DNA from: Eledone cirrhosa
Lineage: Eukaryota
Reading direction: 5' to 3'
DNA: 64,000 nt
Assembly (NCBI GenBank): GCA_964016885.1
Contig: OZ024740.1
Location: 132,494,001-132,558,000, forward strand
The notes under the pieces were generated by a model that made no database searches, was not told the DNA's origin, and worked only from the letters and a program-made list of their open reading frames with translations. The position numbers and the translations under genes were made by a program. Position 1 is the stretch's first letter. The number at the start of each line of letters is the position of its first letter. Positions 13,251-27,314 of this stretch are shown one piece after another.

Positions 13251-13538
13251 ATGGTCTTTATTCTCTCTCGTTCACGATTTCACCGAACTTATATTCATGG
13301 AAATTTTTGGGCTTGACTCGCTCTTCCTCACTTTTCGTTGCTTCACCATCTTTGTTTGTTTACACTCTCGCTGTTCCCTTTATGTACATGTCCCAACGAC
13401 TTTCTTTAGCTGTTGCTCGCACCAACCGGAGGTATATGGTCTTTAAAGCGAAGAAATGCCGATGATGGTTGTAAGATCACTGATAAAGGACCACTTTATT
13501 CATATGTAACCCATTTGCAACTCCGCAGCACGTTTATT

Positions 13539-13574
<36 letters not shown>

Positions 13575-13594
13575 AGAGTATTGAAGTTTGCTTA

Positions 13595-14105
13595 AAGCAT
13601 TGTGGAACAATAAGTAAATATTTATAAGCCGTTTGGAAGCCTCGACAATGCAAATGGGTAAATCTCCGGGTAACAAGGTCTGGTGGTGGAGAGAGAGATA
13701 TGTAAGTGGGTGTACGTTGAGATGCGTGGTGTGTATAAGATGTGTGAGATGTGTAGAATGAAGGGAAGAGTAAAAGAATAAAAATAATAATAACAACACA
13801 AGAGAGAGAGTTACCTTGGGAGAGATTTAATAGTCCCTATATATTTCGGATTCACATCCATCAACTGGGGTTTATTCCGGGGTGGGAGAAAAGGTTGTCT
13901 GTCAGACAACTCGGAACGGGTCTTTCGCTGTCTGTTGATTTGAATATCTGAGGTATTCGGCCGAGCGCGCGTGCGCGTGAAATGGGGTCGGTCGTACAGA
14001 GGTCAGCGGCCGAATGAGGGAGTGGGATGGCGCTAGCTGTTAGTCCATTCTCTGCCTGTTTGTTAAATGTTACTGTGTGTGTGTGTGCGTGTGTTGTTGT
14101 CTCGC

Positions 14106-14165
<60 letters not shown>

Positions 14166-15056
14166 GTTGTTGCCTTGTTCATCTGTATTGGCAGTGTAGT
14201 ATGTTCGTATGGTGGAATGCTACTGTGTGTGTGTGTGTGTAGTTGTCTTGTTTGCGTGTGTGTGTGTGTGTGCGTATGATGTGTGTTGTTGCATCGCTTG
14301 TTAACTTAAACCAGCCATTTCATTTCGCTTCTCTCTAATCGGTTGTTTATTTGCGGTTGCAGTTGTTTGATCTAGAAGCGCTTCCTTAATACGTAACGTG
14401 CCGACGTTTCTTTCAGTCGCTAGAATTGTGACAATGGGCCTTCCGTCTTTGTTTCCGCATTTGTCTATGTGTTTCCGGAAAGACGAGGCCCTGGTTTTAA
14501 TGTGTTCCTTGATCCGGATGTGCAAAGGTCGAATTGTGCTACCTATGTAGTATTGGTTGCACCTGTCACATTCTATCTTATGCACGACGTATGTGCGTAG
14601 GCAACAGTTAGCATGGCGTATCGGGCAGTCTCTGAGGGAGCATGTGTCAGTAGATTTTTCGGGTTTTCTGGAGAGGCATCTTCGCAGGGAGGGGCCCGAG
14701 TGGGCCAGGTGGATGTCGAGGCCCTCCCTCCGTATAGCCTTGCGGATAGCGTTGGTGGTTTTCTCGCCCAGGTGTGGCATTTTAAAGAAGCACTTGCCTT
14801 GGGTGCTTCTCTGTCTCTTGCGTCTGGTGTTTCCTATTCTGTCTGTGATCGAGGTAGGGTACCCGTTCGTCTCCAGCACCTCGAGGAATCGCTTGGTATG
14901 AGTGACACCACTGGCGGGATCGCTGCATCTGTTTTTGATTCGCGCAATCTCGTTCGTGATGTATCCTACACCCACTTACATATCTCTCTCTCCACCACCG
15001 GACCTTGTTACCCGGAGATTTACCCATTTTTATTGTCGAGGCTTCCAAACGACTTA
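13595..15056 (-). mobile_element. 5'-truncated Penelope-like element with inverted pLTR
   Basis: GIY-YIG ORF at 14301-14975. 13625-13713 is inverted relative to 14969-15056. A degenerate HHR lies at ~13835-13870 and (TA)n flanks both sides. Confidence 0.85.
14301..14975 (-). pseudogene. PLE C-terminal GIY-YIG endonuclease fragment
   Basis: CSLRDCPI...VVHKIECDRCNQYYIGSTIRPLHIRIKEH...IKEAL. Confidence 0.88.
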
Positions 15057-15060
15057 TAAT

Positions 15061-15179
<119 letters not shown>

Positions 15180-15180
15180 T

Positions 15181-15317
15181 TAGGAGCGAGTAGGACCCCG
15201 ACGGGTGAGCTCAAGCCGTTTCGACGGCTAATTTTGGACTAAATGAAAATGTTTATCCTAAGTATTGAGTACTTTGGTCCGTTATGGTCCACCTGGTTCC
15301 TTACCACATTTCCTTCG

Positions 15318-15319
<2 letters not shown>
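15181..15319. mobile_element. Family A fragment
   Basis: Inverted arm plus the 3' tail of family A. Confidence 0.7.
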
Positions 15320-15354
<35 letters not shown>

Positions 15355-15443
15355 TACGTAGGAGGTGAGTTTTATTGTAGTACAATAAAGCAATGCAGAT
15401 ATCGGATAAGAAGCACTCTACAGTTTGTAGGACTGGAGTATGC

Positions 15444-15748
15444 ATAATATAAGATCAAAAGATGGTTAAAGGAGTTCCATGTATTTTATTATGCGCATTT
15501 CAAAAACAAACATCATCATGCAATAATATTTGTGTTTTCATCAGATAAAACATGAGAACATGATATGAAGGCTAAAAAACACTTGTGGATAGTTCAGTTT
15601 TAAATCAACATATCATATGTTGATTTAAATACAAATATTATTGCATGATGATGATTTAAATACAAATATTATTGCATGATGATGTTTGTTTTTGAAATGC
15701 GCATAATAAAATACATGGAACTCCTTTAACCATCTTTTGATCTTATAT

Positions 15749-15751
<3 letters not shown>
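15444..15751. mobile_element. Foldback insert with hammerhead
   Basis: 15444-15537 is inverted relative to 15657-15751. There is a hairpin at 15599-15630 and a short tandem duplication at the turn. Confidence 0.8.
15484..15550 (-). ncRNA. Type I hammerhead ribozyme
   Basis: Reverse complement reads ttttat-CTGATGA-aaacacaaatattatt gc atgatgatgtttgttttt-GAAA-tgcgca-TA-ataaaa. Confidence 0.85.
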
Positions 15752-15825
<74 letters not shown>

Positions 15826-15828
<3 letters not shown>

Positions 15829-16032
15829 TTAAAATAACAGATTAAAGTTTAAGCAAGGAATCGCTGCTTTCACCCTTAACGGGATCTTCTTAAACTTAAT
15901 ATGTTATTAATCTGTTGCTTAAACTTTAATCTGTTATTTTAATAACTATTTGCTCTGCGGTTCTTATATATTTGATATATATTTATCCTTATCGAGCCTT
16001 CTTTGGATTTTAGTCTCCAAATGTATTATTAT

Positions 16033-16036
<4 letters not shown>
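15826..16036. mobile_element. Family B foldback insert
   Basis: 15826-15855 is inverted relative to 15916-15945. A degenerate HHR lies at 15846-15896 (-). Confidence 0.7.
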
Positions 16037-16131
<95 letters not shown>

Positions 16132-17849
16132 TACATATGTGAGTGTGTGTCTTTGAACAAGTTTGCATATGTATGTGCATGTTTAAGTATATTGAGTTAA
16201 TTATATTTTAGATTATTAAGTGCATAAAATCAAGGTCCTCATAAATCCCACTAGAATGAATCTTTATTGCACACTAAATTTCCTTTACTACGTGAGATTA
16301 TCATAAGGACTCATAGATATATAATAATATTTAATAATATATAATAATCTTATTTATGACATTTGTTTAGTCGTGTTACGAGGGTATTGAAATTACACAT
16401 TGCAAGAATTTCGGCATAGAAGTAGTGTTACCGGTATTCATATTCTACGTGCTGATATTACCGTGTGTATTACATATATTGTATTTATGCCACGTTATTT
16501 TAATCTTCTTGCAGTTGGCTTGTTTTTATTGCAACCTTCCAATGATACAGCCTAGCGCAGTTTTGTATTCTTTGTTTATGTGACCCGTTTTGTTATGTTT
16601 CATATTTTATTGTATGCACACTGCCCTAATTCTGCTACTCGATGCATGCTCTTTCTATGCTTGCGTACATGTGTTTTGAATTGATATATCCCTGCAAATT
16701 ATTAACATTCACAAGAGAATATACCTTTAAGGAAAATCTTTCTGTCCATGGTCCCTATGTTCTAGGCATTTCCCAGATATTTATATTTTGATAGGTCATC
16801 TATTTCCTTTAGATAAATATATTCTGTTCAGATTTATATTTCTTTTACTCCTGTTAACTCTCCTGACTATTGCTGACGATGTTATTTTGATGATTTGCGT
16901 AATTCAATTCATATACATGAATTGAACTCACCATTCGCATGAAGAAAATGTAGAAATTATATTTCATTGTGTACACCTGCAAAAAGAATGGTATTATAAA
17001 ATATCAACCGTAGGACTTATTATTATCTTGTAGATATTATTATCGTGTTGATAGTCCGTAGTACTGGAACCGAGAAGAACACAGATCAAAGTGCTCGGTA
17101 CATGGTAAGATGAAAAATGTGTATTTTGATGAGAATAGAGGATCTACCGCAAGCTCGGCTAGGCATCTTTAACAAATTACACTAGGCCTATTCGTCAGAA
17201 AATGTCGAGTTAAAAGTGAACAATTCCCCAGCTAGACAAATAAATATTGCTTTGCAACAACTCGGTTAATTTAAAATATAAAGTATTGTAGAGCCATGGT
17301 AAATAGCAGGGTATTGTCTTTAGATGGTTAACACAAACGAACATTAATTACAAGAGCAAACTGATAACTACTAAAAAATCATTATACCGGACAAATGTAA
17401 CAATTTTGTCACAAGTTATTCCATTGTTGATTCTATATGCTAATCGTAACGACTGATAAATGGTGCGAAATTTGAAATTACATAACGGCCCATTAATCCA
17501 TAAAACAGACGAAACCTCAGACGTCATATCTACGGGAGAAAACGGTGACTTTCCTACGCAGCAAAAACAATAACAATGCCAACGAATAAAGAGGAGAATT
17601 CAGAGGGCTAGAGATGTAAAGCAAACTTATGCATTATTAACATTAGTTCAGAAGAGTGTAGTAAAAAGAAAATGTGGTTTAAACTGATATGTTATTACGG
17701 ACACTTCAACAACATTAAAAATATAAAAATATGTTCATAAACAACTTCCAAGCAGAGATTCTCAGGCGAATACTTATATCAACACGTATACATGCACTAG
17801 AAAAGGTTAATAGGATGACTATGCGAAATTCATACATACAATTACTATA

Positions 17850-18960
17850 AATGCTCTAATTTACACAACAATATATCCTGTAAATACATGATACACAAAC
17901 AATCCACATCAAAGAAAACACACGACACAAACTAGATATCCTAAACATACATATGTGTGTATGGGTAATCTCACTGAAAATGCTTGCACATCTATACCTA
18001 TCTAATCTAGGAATAAGGCAAGTAACGGTCAAGATTTCTGTGGTACAACCAGAGATAAATGTCTGATGAATATTGACCCAAATCGCCAAGAATGAAGCAA
18101 CACCTTCCTAGATGCCAAACCAACAGTATGAGAAAAGTAGCAGGGGATAAATGTGGAAGTACTACTCCACATCAAATAAGATGGTATCCACTAGATACCA
18201 AAACATATTCCCCTTCTTTGGGGGTTGAAATCGAATGTTGTGATTGAAGGCAGTAGGACGCAAAGACTTCTGCGTGCTTCTGGGCGGTTCATAACTTTCG
18301 GCCCTCAACATACGTCGAAAAACTCAGTCTCCTGCTGTCAATACTAGGAACACAAAAACCACATCGACATTGAACAACAAAAGGGTAACTACATTTTAGA
18401 AAAAATGTTAGGTAGTGACATTTCAACCAACGTACTTATTGCAAGGACGGCACTGGAAAATTTCTACAACTTGTCACATATAAGTGGCATTGTTGGATCT
18501 AAAGCACGTGCTCTAAGACACAAGGAAACGAAAGCTGTTCAATGGGGCACAATTGCAGTGGTACAATGTGAACAAAGTTATGATTCGCTTTTTGACGGAC
18601 AGAAATTGTTGAGTGATGCTCGATTAAAAGCAGATTCGTGCGTTTTTCCAGTGGCACATTGTAAAATTGTACAAAGTAAGTGGTTATACAGAAATGGTGG
18701 TGGACTATAGTTACAGCCATGGCGGCTTGCTGCAGCTCTCAACTAAATACACTGAGTGCTTCGAAAATCCAATGGAAGCAGCTGAGACACAGAAAGAGTT
18801 AAATGGATGTATGAGGCCTATATCATCAGGTCTGTTTGTTGCCCTTACGAATTTTACGTTGAACCACCAGGATTGTTCTCCGATATACTCAAATCTCTCT
18901 GCTGCATCTGGTAGCAGAACGGGATGCTTTGTATGTCAAGTTGTAGTAACGTTGATAAAA
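17850..18960 (+). pseudogene. Highly decayed L1/Tx1-type LINE fragment
   Basis: KARALRHKETKAVQW resembles VRALRHEGTKVVRW of the LINE at 21689. An ORF1-like piece lies upstream. Confidence 0.55.
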
Positions 18961-19479
18961 AAATAAAGAGAACACGGATAGTGATAAACATTGTTTCCGA
19001 TCCAAAATTCTACTCGCCAGTGTGTTTAATATAATAATGAGGTTGGAGCCTGTATTCAATGGTCTGGAAGGTGAAGGATAACGTGTGCAATCCCAACCAG
19101 GTCTATACGCAATAAGCTCCTTAGGGTGACGAATCAACAGACTTACTCACAACATTTGCCTGTCAACTAGAAAGTTTCGAGAAGAGAGGTGCACTTTCCG
19201 ATGTTGCTCATGAAGATTAGGGTGATTTAGGTTCTGCAGGATCCTAAGTTACCCATGGATGGTACACCCCCTATTACGGAATGTTATTGTTATTAGTTAA
19301 TTGTTATATGTTCTATTTTGTACACGTTTTATGTAAATCCGTGCAGCCAAAGAAATAGAAATAATAATTATTATTATCATTATTATCGCCAGCTCGCGAT
19401 TTCGGTGGAGTTTAAGTCAGACGCCCTCGCTATAAAACATGCAATGACCCCTTGCAGAACCAGCAAGGTCATAACAAAG

Positions 19480-22400
19480 CCCTCTCACATAGCAAAAAGA
19501 ACAGCTCATCTCCGCATTCCTTTTATCCCACCAAGACTTGACATGTGGTGGCTCCTGGGAGGTGTGATTGGGGAGGGGACGGATACCACCCAGATACAGG
19601 TTAGAAGTACTGCTAGAGAGGACTCGACCGGGATTGACCTGGAGATACTTCTCCAATTAGGCCGGATAATGTAAAAACAATCCCGGGTCACATCCGTCTT
19701 CAGAACGGGACGGTAATACATATTATGACTAAGGGCAAAGGCCTCATTTACGAGCCTTCTGCCCTCAATTGCTGAAGGATTCAAGGGGCTGCATGGCTCC
19801 ACTGCAGCTGACGCCGGCAAAACTACCAGCAACAACACCAACGGAAGCACCACTATCAACATTGACCTCCGACAGGTAAACGAGGAAAGCTGTCAAATTT
19901 CCCCTCTCCCCCAAAATACTCACATGAATAAAAATATAAACACACACACAGGCACAGACACACGTACAGACACCGATCCCTCATCTTCTAGTAGTGAAGA
20001 TGAGGGAAAAGCAAAGTCCTCCCAAAAAAACAAAAAAAGAAAATACACATAAAAAGCTCCACAAAGTACACAAATTCCCACAATAAAAAATGCGGACAGC
20101 ACCCACGCAAACATCTCCCCAACAACACCAACCAACACCATCACCATCACCAGAATTCCCCAAGCGCAAACAACCTAAACAGACGCTAGAACAAATACAC
20201 ACACAAACATCTGAAAGCACAGACACCGCATTTACAACAAACACAGACACAACCGAAACAACGCCAACCAAACCATCACCACAACAGTCACACAAACAAA
20301 TAAAACTACACCAAGAAAACATACAGGACTTCGTGCTTGTTAGAAGTGCCAACAAGGAATGGATGACCCTCGTAGCACGAAGTAAAAAAATCCGAATAGA
20401 GGGGGAGATTTTTTAATTGGGCACATTTAGCGTGCTGAAAGATTTGTTTCTGGTGCGAATGTCACTCGATTTCTACAAACGGATTCGAGAGAGCTTTCCT
20501 CGGGACATGGGAACACCAAACGTAAAACCCACATTCAGACGGTTAAAGTGGTTCCCGAAAACCCCCCACCAACTATGGAGGTCGAACCATCCAACCTTCA
20601 CAAGAGCCCGGGAGGTAAGTAAACCTTTCCTCTCTCTTTTAGCATGCCAACATGGCCATATTAAAAGCAGGAAAGTTACATGCTCAAGGCCTGGGGTCGC
20701 CCTGGAAGCAGGGTACCTGCTCACCAGCCGCAAGTCTCTATAAATGGCTGAAATTGTCATCAGCGAGACCAGGATTTCCTACACACGTGCACTAGCCCCC
20801 ATTTTCGACGACTATCAGATCTTCGCATCTGTTAGTCGGCCGAGAATGAGAGGTGCGGTGGCAGTGCTGTTTAGGAAAGACCTGGATTTCGAGGTAAGGT
20901 CGATCTTCCGGGACCCTGGCAGTAAATTGGTGTGTGGACTTGAACAATAGCGAAGATGGTGCCTTTAGACTGCTGGCCGTCTACGCCCCTACCGGGGAAG
21001 GATGGCTGCACTTCTTTGGACGCCTGGAAGTCTTTTTGGGTACGTTTCACCTTTGACTGGAACGGCATCTTAGATGTACGCTGTGACTGTGAGGGAGTAT
21101 CCGATAGGAGCGGGGGTGGGGCCTCAAGTACCTGATCAGCCAGTCACAACTGTCTGACAGGTTCCAGATTAGATTTCCCTGGTGCTCCAATGTGGACCTG
21201 GACCAACCGCATAGAATCACCTAGATTGTATATAGACAGTATATTCATTAGGTAAATAGATAGAAATAGTGTAAGCTGTCCACGTTTTAAAGCGGACGCC
21301 TTTTCTGAACACAGGTTTGTGATATACTTGGGCGATCTAGATAAGACGCGTAGGTTAGGACCTGGTTATTGGAAGCTGATCATGCCATTTCCGGAACGTA
21401 AGGCTTACAGGGACCGGGTCAACAATTTAATTAAGCAAGAGTTGACAGGGATGGTCTCAACAACTGATGTTGGAATGTGGGGTAGTCTCGTCTGAAAAGA
21501 GACATTAGAGTAATTTCGATAGGGTTTAGCAAAGAAGTAGCGTTAGAGAAAAATAGAAAGGAAGGGGAGCTGGTAGATAAGTTAGACGAGGCTATTTGTA
21601 TAGCATTGCAACTGACGTGCTAGCGGCGAGAATGTCATTAAAATAGTTCTTCAATGCGAAACACGAAAGTTGTACAGTCAAAGCTAAGGTGCGTGCTCTA
21701 AGACACGAGGGGACCAAAGTTGTTCGATGGGCCCGAGCGGCGGGAGCCAAGCCTGGTATTAAAACCACAATTCGGTTTTTGACGGACCGAGACGGACACG
21801 AGATGAGCGATTCTAGGCGAGTGTGTGAGGCCTTTCGCCAGCATATTGCTCGTTTGTTAGGAGGAAGTGGCGGGTCAGAGACGATGGCGGACTTCAGTCC
21901 CTACCTCGATGGTTGCCGCAACTCACAACGGACGACGCTTAGTGCTGCGAAAAGCCAATCACTCCAGCCGAGATTCAGGATGCCCTTGTCTGTTGCACGA
22001 GGCACAAGTCCTCCGGTTTGGATGGTCTACCCTACGATCTTTACGTAAATATGCCAGATTTGTTCTCCAATCTCCTCGAAGCGCTCTATTGCAACTGGCA
22101 ACAGAAAGGCAGTATTCTCTGTTCTGTGAGACGGAGCGTATGACGCTGATAAAGGAGGATGAGAACAAGAGGTACACATTAGATATTTTCAGGCCCATAA
22201 TTCTGCTCAAGACAGAGTTTAAGATACTGTCCAAAGTGTTAGCGAAGAGTTTGGCGTTTGTCGTCGATGATTTGGTTGGGGAGGCGCAAACTTGTGCAAT
22301 CCCGACCAGGTTCATACACGACAACCTCCACCTCATGTGATACATCATAGAGATGGTAGGGTGTAAATCTGGCTTCGGTGGGTCTCTGATAAATTTAGAT

Positions 22401-23858
22401 CAATCGAAAGCATTCGATGGAGTCGACCATCCGTACCTGGAAGGTATACTCAATGCAGATGGCTTCCACCCCTGCTTCATATGCTTGATCGATGCAATGC
22501 ACAGCGGCATCTAGTCGGTCGTCAAAATTAAAGGTCACCTTTCGGACGCGATTCAGATTTTCCGATCGGTCCTTCAAGGGTGCCCACTCTCTTACCTTCT
22601 GTATGTATTGACTCTCGAGCCTTTACTGCGGAAGCTGAAGATGGTGCAGTACATTCCGCTCGAACCGGGACGTGGAAACGCTCAGTCGGCTTTTTCGGAC
22701 GATATCAGCGTGATGGCGTCGGACACCTCGCACATCGAAGTGGGCGGCAACTTATGGAAGGAATATGAAAGTTTGATAGGGCCAAAACTAACCCGGGAAA
22801 GTCGGTGTGCTTGCAACTCGGCAGCTGCAAAAGCAAGTCCATGCCGTCCAGCAGCATCGTGGGCGTTGCATGGACGGACCGGTAAAGTTGCTCGGGGTTT
22901 GTTTCGGGTCAGACCTCCAGGTGGATGAGAATTGGGCAGAGTAGCCAGACTTATCAAGAAATGGGCTGCAAAGAAGCTATCAATGAAAGGTGAGGTAGAT
23001 GTGGCGAACGCATACATGGCGTTCGTCATCTACTACGACCTGACCATCGTACCTTGCCCTCGTCCGCGACTCTCCAACTTGGAATGGCTCCTCTTGAAAT
23101 TCTTGTGGGGAGGACAGGTTCCGTTGGGGAGGCTGCCAGCACCCTCTACTTGGAGGACTGGGTATGCTGTGACTGTTGATGTGCAGACATGCGGCATCTC
23201 CTGATATTCTGCCTAAACCGGGAAGAAGTGTGATCTCCATTTATCACACAGGATTTTCCGCAGACCGTCTCTTTGACTGAGCTGCACTCCTGGGTCACGA
23301 AGAGTCCGAAACTGGATGAATGGCATCTGGTATGTTGCCAATCACTCACTGCCCTCTACCAGGCGTGCAATGCGGTCAGAGAAACCTCCACTCTCGAGTT
23401 CTCTAGAGGATTGTTGGTGGGCAAGTGCGACGATGCACTCGGAGTGGGTCTCAGCGTCGACGAAGTCGGACTAACGAGTCTGTTCTGAGGATCTTTGAGC
23501 CGGGGACCATGGATGACTTCCAAAATTCCCTCGCTTGGCAGTGCTACCGGGGGACATTGCCGGTTTGAGATAAACTCTACAGCCTCGGAAGTGCTGTCAG
23601 ACGGACCTGTCCGAGATGCGCGCAAAACGACGAAACAGTTCTGCACGCACTGGTCCACTCTCCATACATTACTGACTTGTAGAATTATATCGAACAGCTG
23701 TTATCGCGTGTAGAACGGATGCGGCTATTTACGAACCCAATTATGCGATAGATTGTCAGAAAAGGATTAATGGAAAGTATAGGTGACGGCGGCCTGAGAA
23801 CTGCTGAGGGCGCCAACGAAGTCAATGTGAACAAACACTTCTGGGTTACTTTTTGAAT
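19480..23858 (+). mobile_element. Decayed L1/Tx1-clade non-LTR retrotransposon (ORF1 remnant; APE-RT ORF2 at ~20640-23830)
   Basis: APE motifs VISETR, GAVAVLF and SEHR. RT motifs FRPIILLKTEFKILSKVLA, QTCAIP, LDQSKAFDGVDH, QGCPL and FSDD. C-terminal CPRC...ETVLHAL. Many stops and frameshifts. Confidence 0.88.
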
Positions 23859-23871
23859 GAAGATCATTGGA

Positions 23872-23873
23872 AA

Positions 23874-23909
<36 letters not shown>

Positions 23910-24070
23910 TAGTAGTTGTAGTAGTAGTAGTAGTAGTAGTAGTAGCAGCAGCAGCAGCACCAGCAGCACTAGACGTATTAGATGTAGCAGCAGCAGTAGT
24001 AGTAGTGTTGCTGATGTTAGTGTTATTTTCATCATTATCGACATCATCATCATCATCATAATCATCATTT
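23872..24070. repeat. Compound trinucleotide repeat (AGC/AGT/ATC)n
   Basis: Directly visible just after the LINE 3' end. Confidence 0.95.
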
Positions 24071-24233
24071 CCATTATAATTTTGTTTCTCATAAACCACT
24101 TTCCATTATTGATTCCTTGCATTCTAGACTATTGATGTCATTAAAATATTAACAAAAAATAACACAGGAAAAGATTTACACTTATGGAAAAAAAAAGTCT
24201 TTAAATATTTGAGGGTGGGTTTCAGTGTACGTG

Positions 24234-24425
24234 TATGAATGGGTGTTTCGATGTGTGTATATGAATGTGTATATGAATGTGCTTATGAATGTGTATATGA
24301 ATGTCCTTATAATTGTGTGTATGAATGTGCTTATGAGTGTGTGTATGAATGTGATTATGCTTATGTATATGAATTTGCTTATGAACGTTTATATGAATGA
24401 GTATATGAATGTGCCTATGAATGTA
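24234..24425. repeat. 12-bp minisatellite (ATGAATGTGYWT)n
   Basis: Repeated atgaatgtgtat and atgaatgtgctt units. Confidence 0.9.
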
Positions 24426-25293
24426 TTTGTATATATGTTAAAGCCTCTAATTTTGTGGACATGTTTGCATTATACATTTAGAGCGTATTTTTAATTTGAT
24501 AGAAAGATGAATCATCAATTACTTGTGCTTGCAAACATTTATTTATTTTTGGTAATATTTGTCCTGAACTCTTCAAATTTTCATAAAACATAAGTAATTA
24601 ATGAATAAATAAATAAAAGTTATGGAACTTTTCCAACTAGTAAACAATCATTTCATTTGATAACGTTACAACATCAATAAATTACCTGTCATACATTGAT
24701 TGCTGTTCACAACATTTTTTCTTTTCTAACAAATTGAAAATGACACATATTTAATAAATTTTATCTGTACTAATTAGTTATGGACAAGAGCTTCAACATA
24801 TATTAATTTGTTCATCACTTCAAGTATCCTTCCAAAACTATAAAGTAAAACCAATGGAAAAAAACTTCATCTGCAGCAGTAAAATTATACATTACACACC
24901 TAGTTATATTTTCAGTCATTTAGTAGCAGACTGTCAGATTTTGAAGAATTATTAATCATATTACAATGATAATTAACTTAATTATATCACTCCCATGTTG
25001 TTTTTTTATATGTTCGTTTTATTTTTTTGTTATTTTAAAATGTTACATTCTAATCATTTAACGTGATTTTTTTAAATTTTATTTCTATTTTTTGGCCTAG
25101 TAGTCTTTATCCAACTGAGAAAGTATGCTTCATTAAAGCAGGTTAAAATTTGACTTATTGCGGTTTAAAAGTTGGTAATAAAATGTTTTATTGTTGCCGA
25201 TCGTAAAGAAGAATACTTTAAATAATAACGCATGGGTGAAATATTAAACGTCGATTGTAGGAATTGATCCTTGTAAATATATATATATATATG

Positions 25294-25330
<37 letters not shown>

Positions 25331-25335
<5 letters not shown>

Positions 25336-25534
25336 CACGTATGACACCGACGGGAGAGCTCAAGCCGTTTCGACGACTAATTCTGGACTCTAATTCAGTC
25401 CAGAATTAGCCGTCGAAACGGATTGAGCTTTGCCGTCGGGGTCATACTTGTTCCTATTACCCACTCTACTACCCTAACTATTGAGTACTTTGGTGCGTTA
25501 TGGTCCATCTGGTTCCTTACCACATTTCCTTCGT

Positions 25535-25535
<1 letters not shown>
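25331..25535 (+). mobile_element. Family A foldback insert
   Basis: Inverted repeat at 25333-25453 plus tail, between (TA)n tracts. Confidence 0.75.
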
Positions 25536-25566
<31 letters not shown>

Positions 25567-25573
25567 TATATAT

Positions 25574-27252
25574 GTAGAAGTGGTTACACCATACCGAGAA
25601 CAACTGTTTCACATTCGCCGATCTTCAGCTCGGGATGTGTATGGTGATAGGAACAGGGAGGACAACCGTACGAACGCGCATGCGCAGGAACTCGATCACT
25701 TCACACAGGCAATACTAGACTGCGTGCGTGAGGTGTAAGGGAGATAACTGCAAAAGTTCCGAAAGTTTTTAGGTTGAAAATAAAATTAAAAAAATTAAAA
25801 ATAATATTACAAAGAGCCTTGTAATTATGCAATAGATGTTTGGTGACGTGTGGACAACGTGTGAAAAATTCACTCCTCGTGTTTAAGCAATCACTATTGC
25901 GTAATCTCTTTAGTATAGTTATTCGTTCGTCAATACATAAGCCACGCGTCGGATTTCCCCTTGCGTATGGCTTGGACTTAGTGATGGATTTCCATTGAAT
26001 GGAGTACCCTATACTTGAGTCCTTCAGAGACCACACGTGGATCGCGAGTTTCGTGGATGAACGTCTGTCCGGGTATCTGAAGGTAGACTGGTGGTTCAGG
26101 AAACGCTCATTGAATCGGCCCTCCGCCATGTCCACATAGGATTTGACCTCCTGTGGTTCGTTTGGTCGGTTGGAAATGACCACAGCTTCATAGGTTACAT
26201 CTGGTGTGTTGCATTGTTGTTGAAGGGGGCAAGCTTCGTGCTTACGGCAAGAGCACCCTGGTGGGGTGTTGCTCCTAGGGCTGCTGGTGATGTGGGCCTT
26301 CATGTTCTTAGTTCAGGTGTATCCTAGTTTAACTTTGTGTCGGTTAAAGATGGAGCGGTATTTATGGGGAAGTGTCTATCTAAGAGGGATAGAAATTATT
26401 TTCCTACATTTGTTTTAACGTTGAGTGAGAAGGGAGGAGAGAACCAGATAGTTTGTCTATAGATGCGCTTACTTTTCTTAATGGTGTTGTTGGTAGTGTA
26501 GGCGATAGGTTGTGAGAAGTCACTGTTGGCCAACGCCGTGCTATAGTAGGGTGCCTCCCTGTTAAAGATAGCCTTATTAGAGGAGAGGTTTGAGATTCTA
26601 GTACTGATATTCTTAACGAAGTTTCTAAAAACAGTGGGAGAGTGGCATGAGTCCTTGTGAATGTAATTCCGTTTCTTGTTTAGCTTATGGAAGGGTCTGT
26701 GGGTGTGTGTGCGAAGGTATAAATTAATGTCTAAGAAATCTAAATATTTAAAGTTTTGTCGGAAAGGACGAAGGTGTTATTAGAAGACCTAAATTTCTTA
26801 ATATCGTTTCTGAGTTTCGTTTGAAAGGTGTTAGCGAAAGGAAATGTTAGCGACTAAGTCAAGAAGGTCCGTCTCGAAAGGAGCAAGTTCGGTTACCTTA
26901 GGAAGGTAGGCTCTCGATTTCAGGTTGAAGGTGTTGTTGGTGCCTGTAATTTTGCCGTCGAAAGCTACGGCTCGCCATCTTAAGCGTCTGACGACATCTT
27001 CCGCTTTTTATAGGAGGAGCTTTTGGTAAACATGGTTGGAGGGAGTTGGAATGTTCTTCAGGGAGTAATCCAGTTCGTATAAATCCATACTGACGTTGAT
27101 GAAACGCGAAATTGTGTAGGACACAAGGATATATATAGAGCGCTCTCAGGGTAGTAAGCCAAACTCGCACGTGGTGAAGTATCTGCTAAAATCCAAACTT
27201 CTACGTAGTGAGGAGAATCTGCTGACCGCTGCTGGAGACGTAGATAGTGGTG

Positions 27253-27255
<3 letters not shown>
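25574..27255 (-). mobile_element. Internally deleted Naiad-type PLE
   Basis: N-terminal VVRRLRWRAVAFDG...APFETDLLDL at ~26850-27030, with most of the RT deleted. RT C-terminus and GIY-YIG ORF at 25701-26303 (CSCRKHEACPLQQQC). Terminal HHR and (TA)n on both sides. Confidence 0.88.
25594..25633 (-). ncRNA. Type I hammerhead ribozyme with weak stem II
   Basis: Reverse complement reads ccgag-CTGAAGA-tcggcgaatgt-GAAA-ca gt tg-TT-ctcgg. Related to the 55120 and 56322 copies. Confidence 0.7.

Positions 27256-27314
<59 letters not shown>

Noticed and set aside
23685-24135. Poly-Leu, poly-Ser and poly-Thr ORFs
   Set aside because: These are trinucleotide repeat artefacts.
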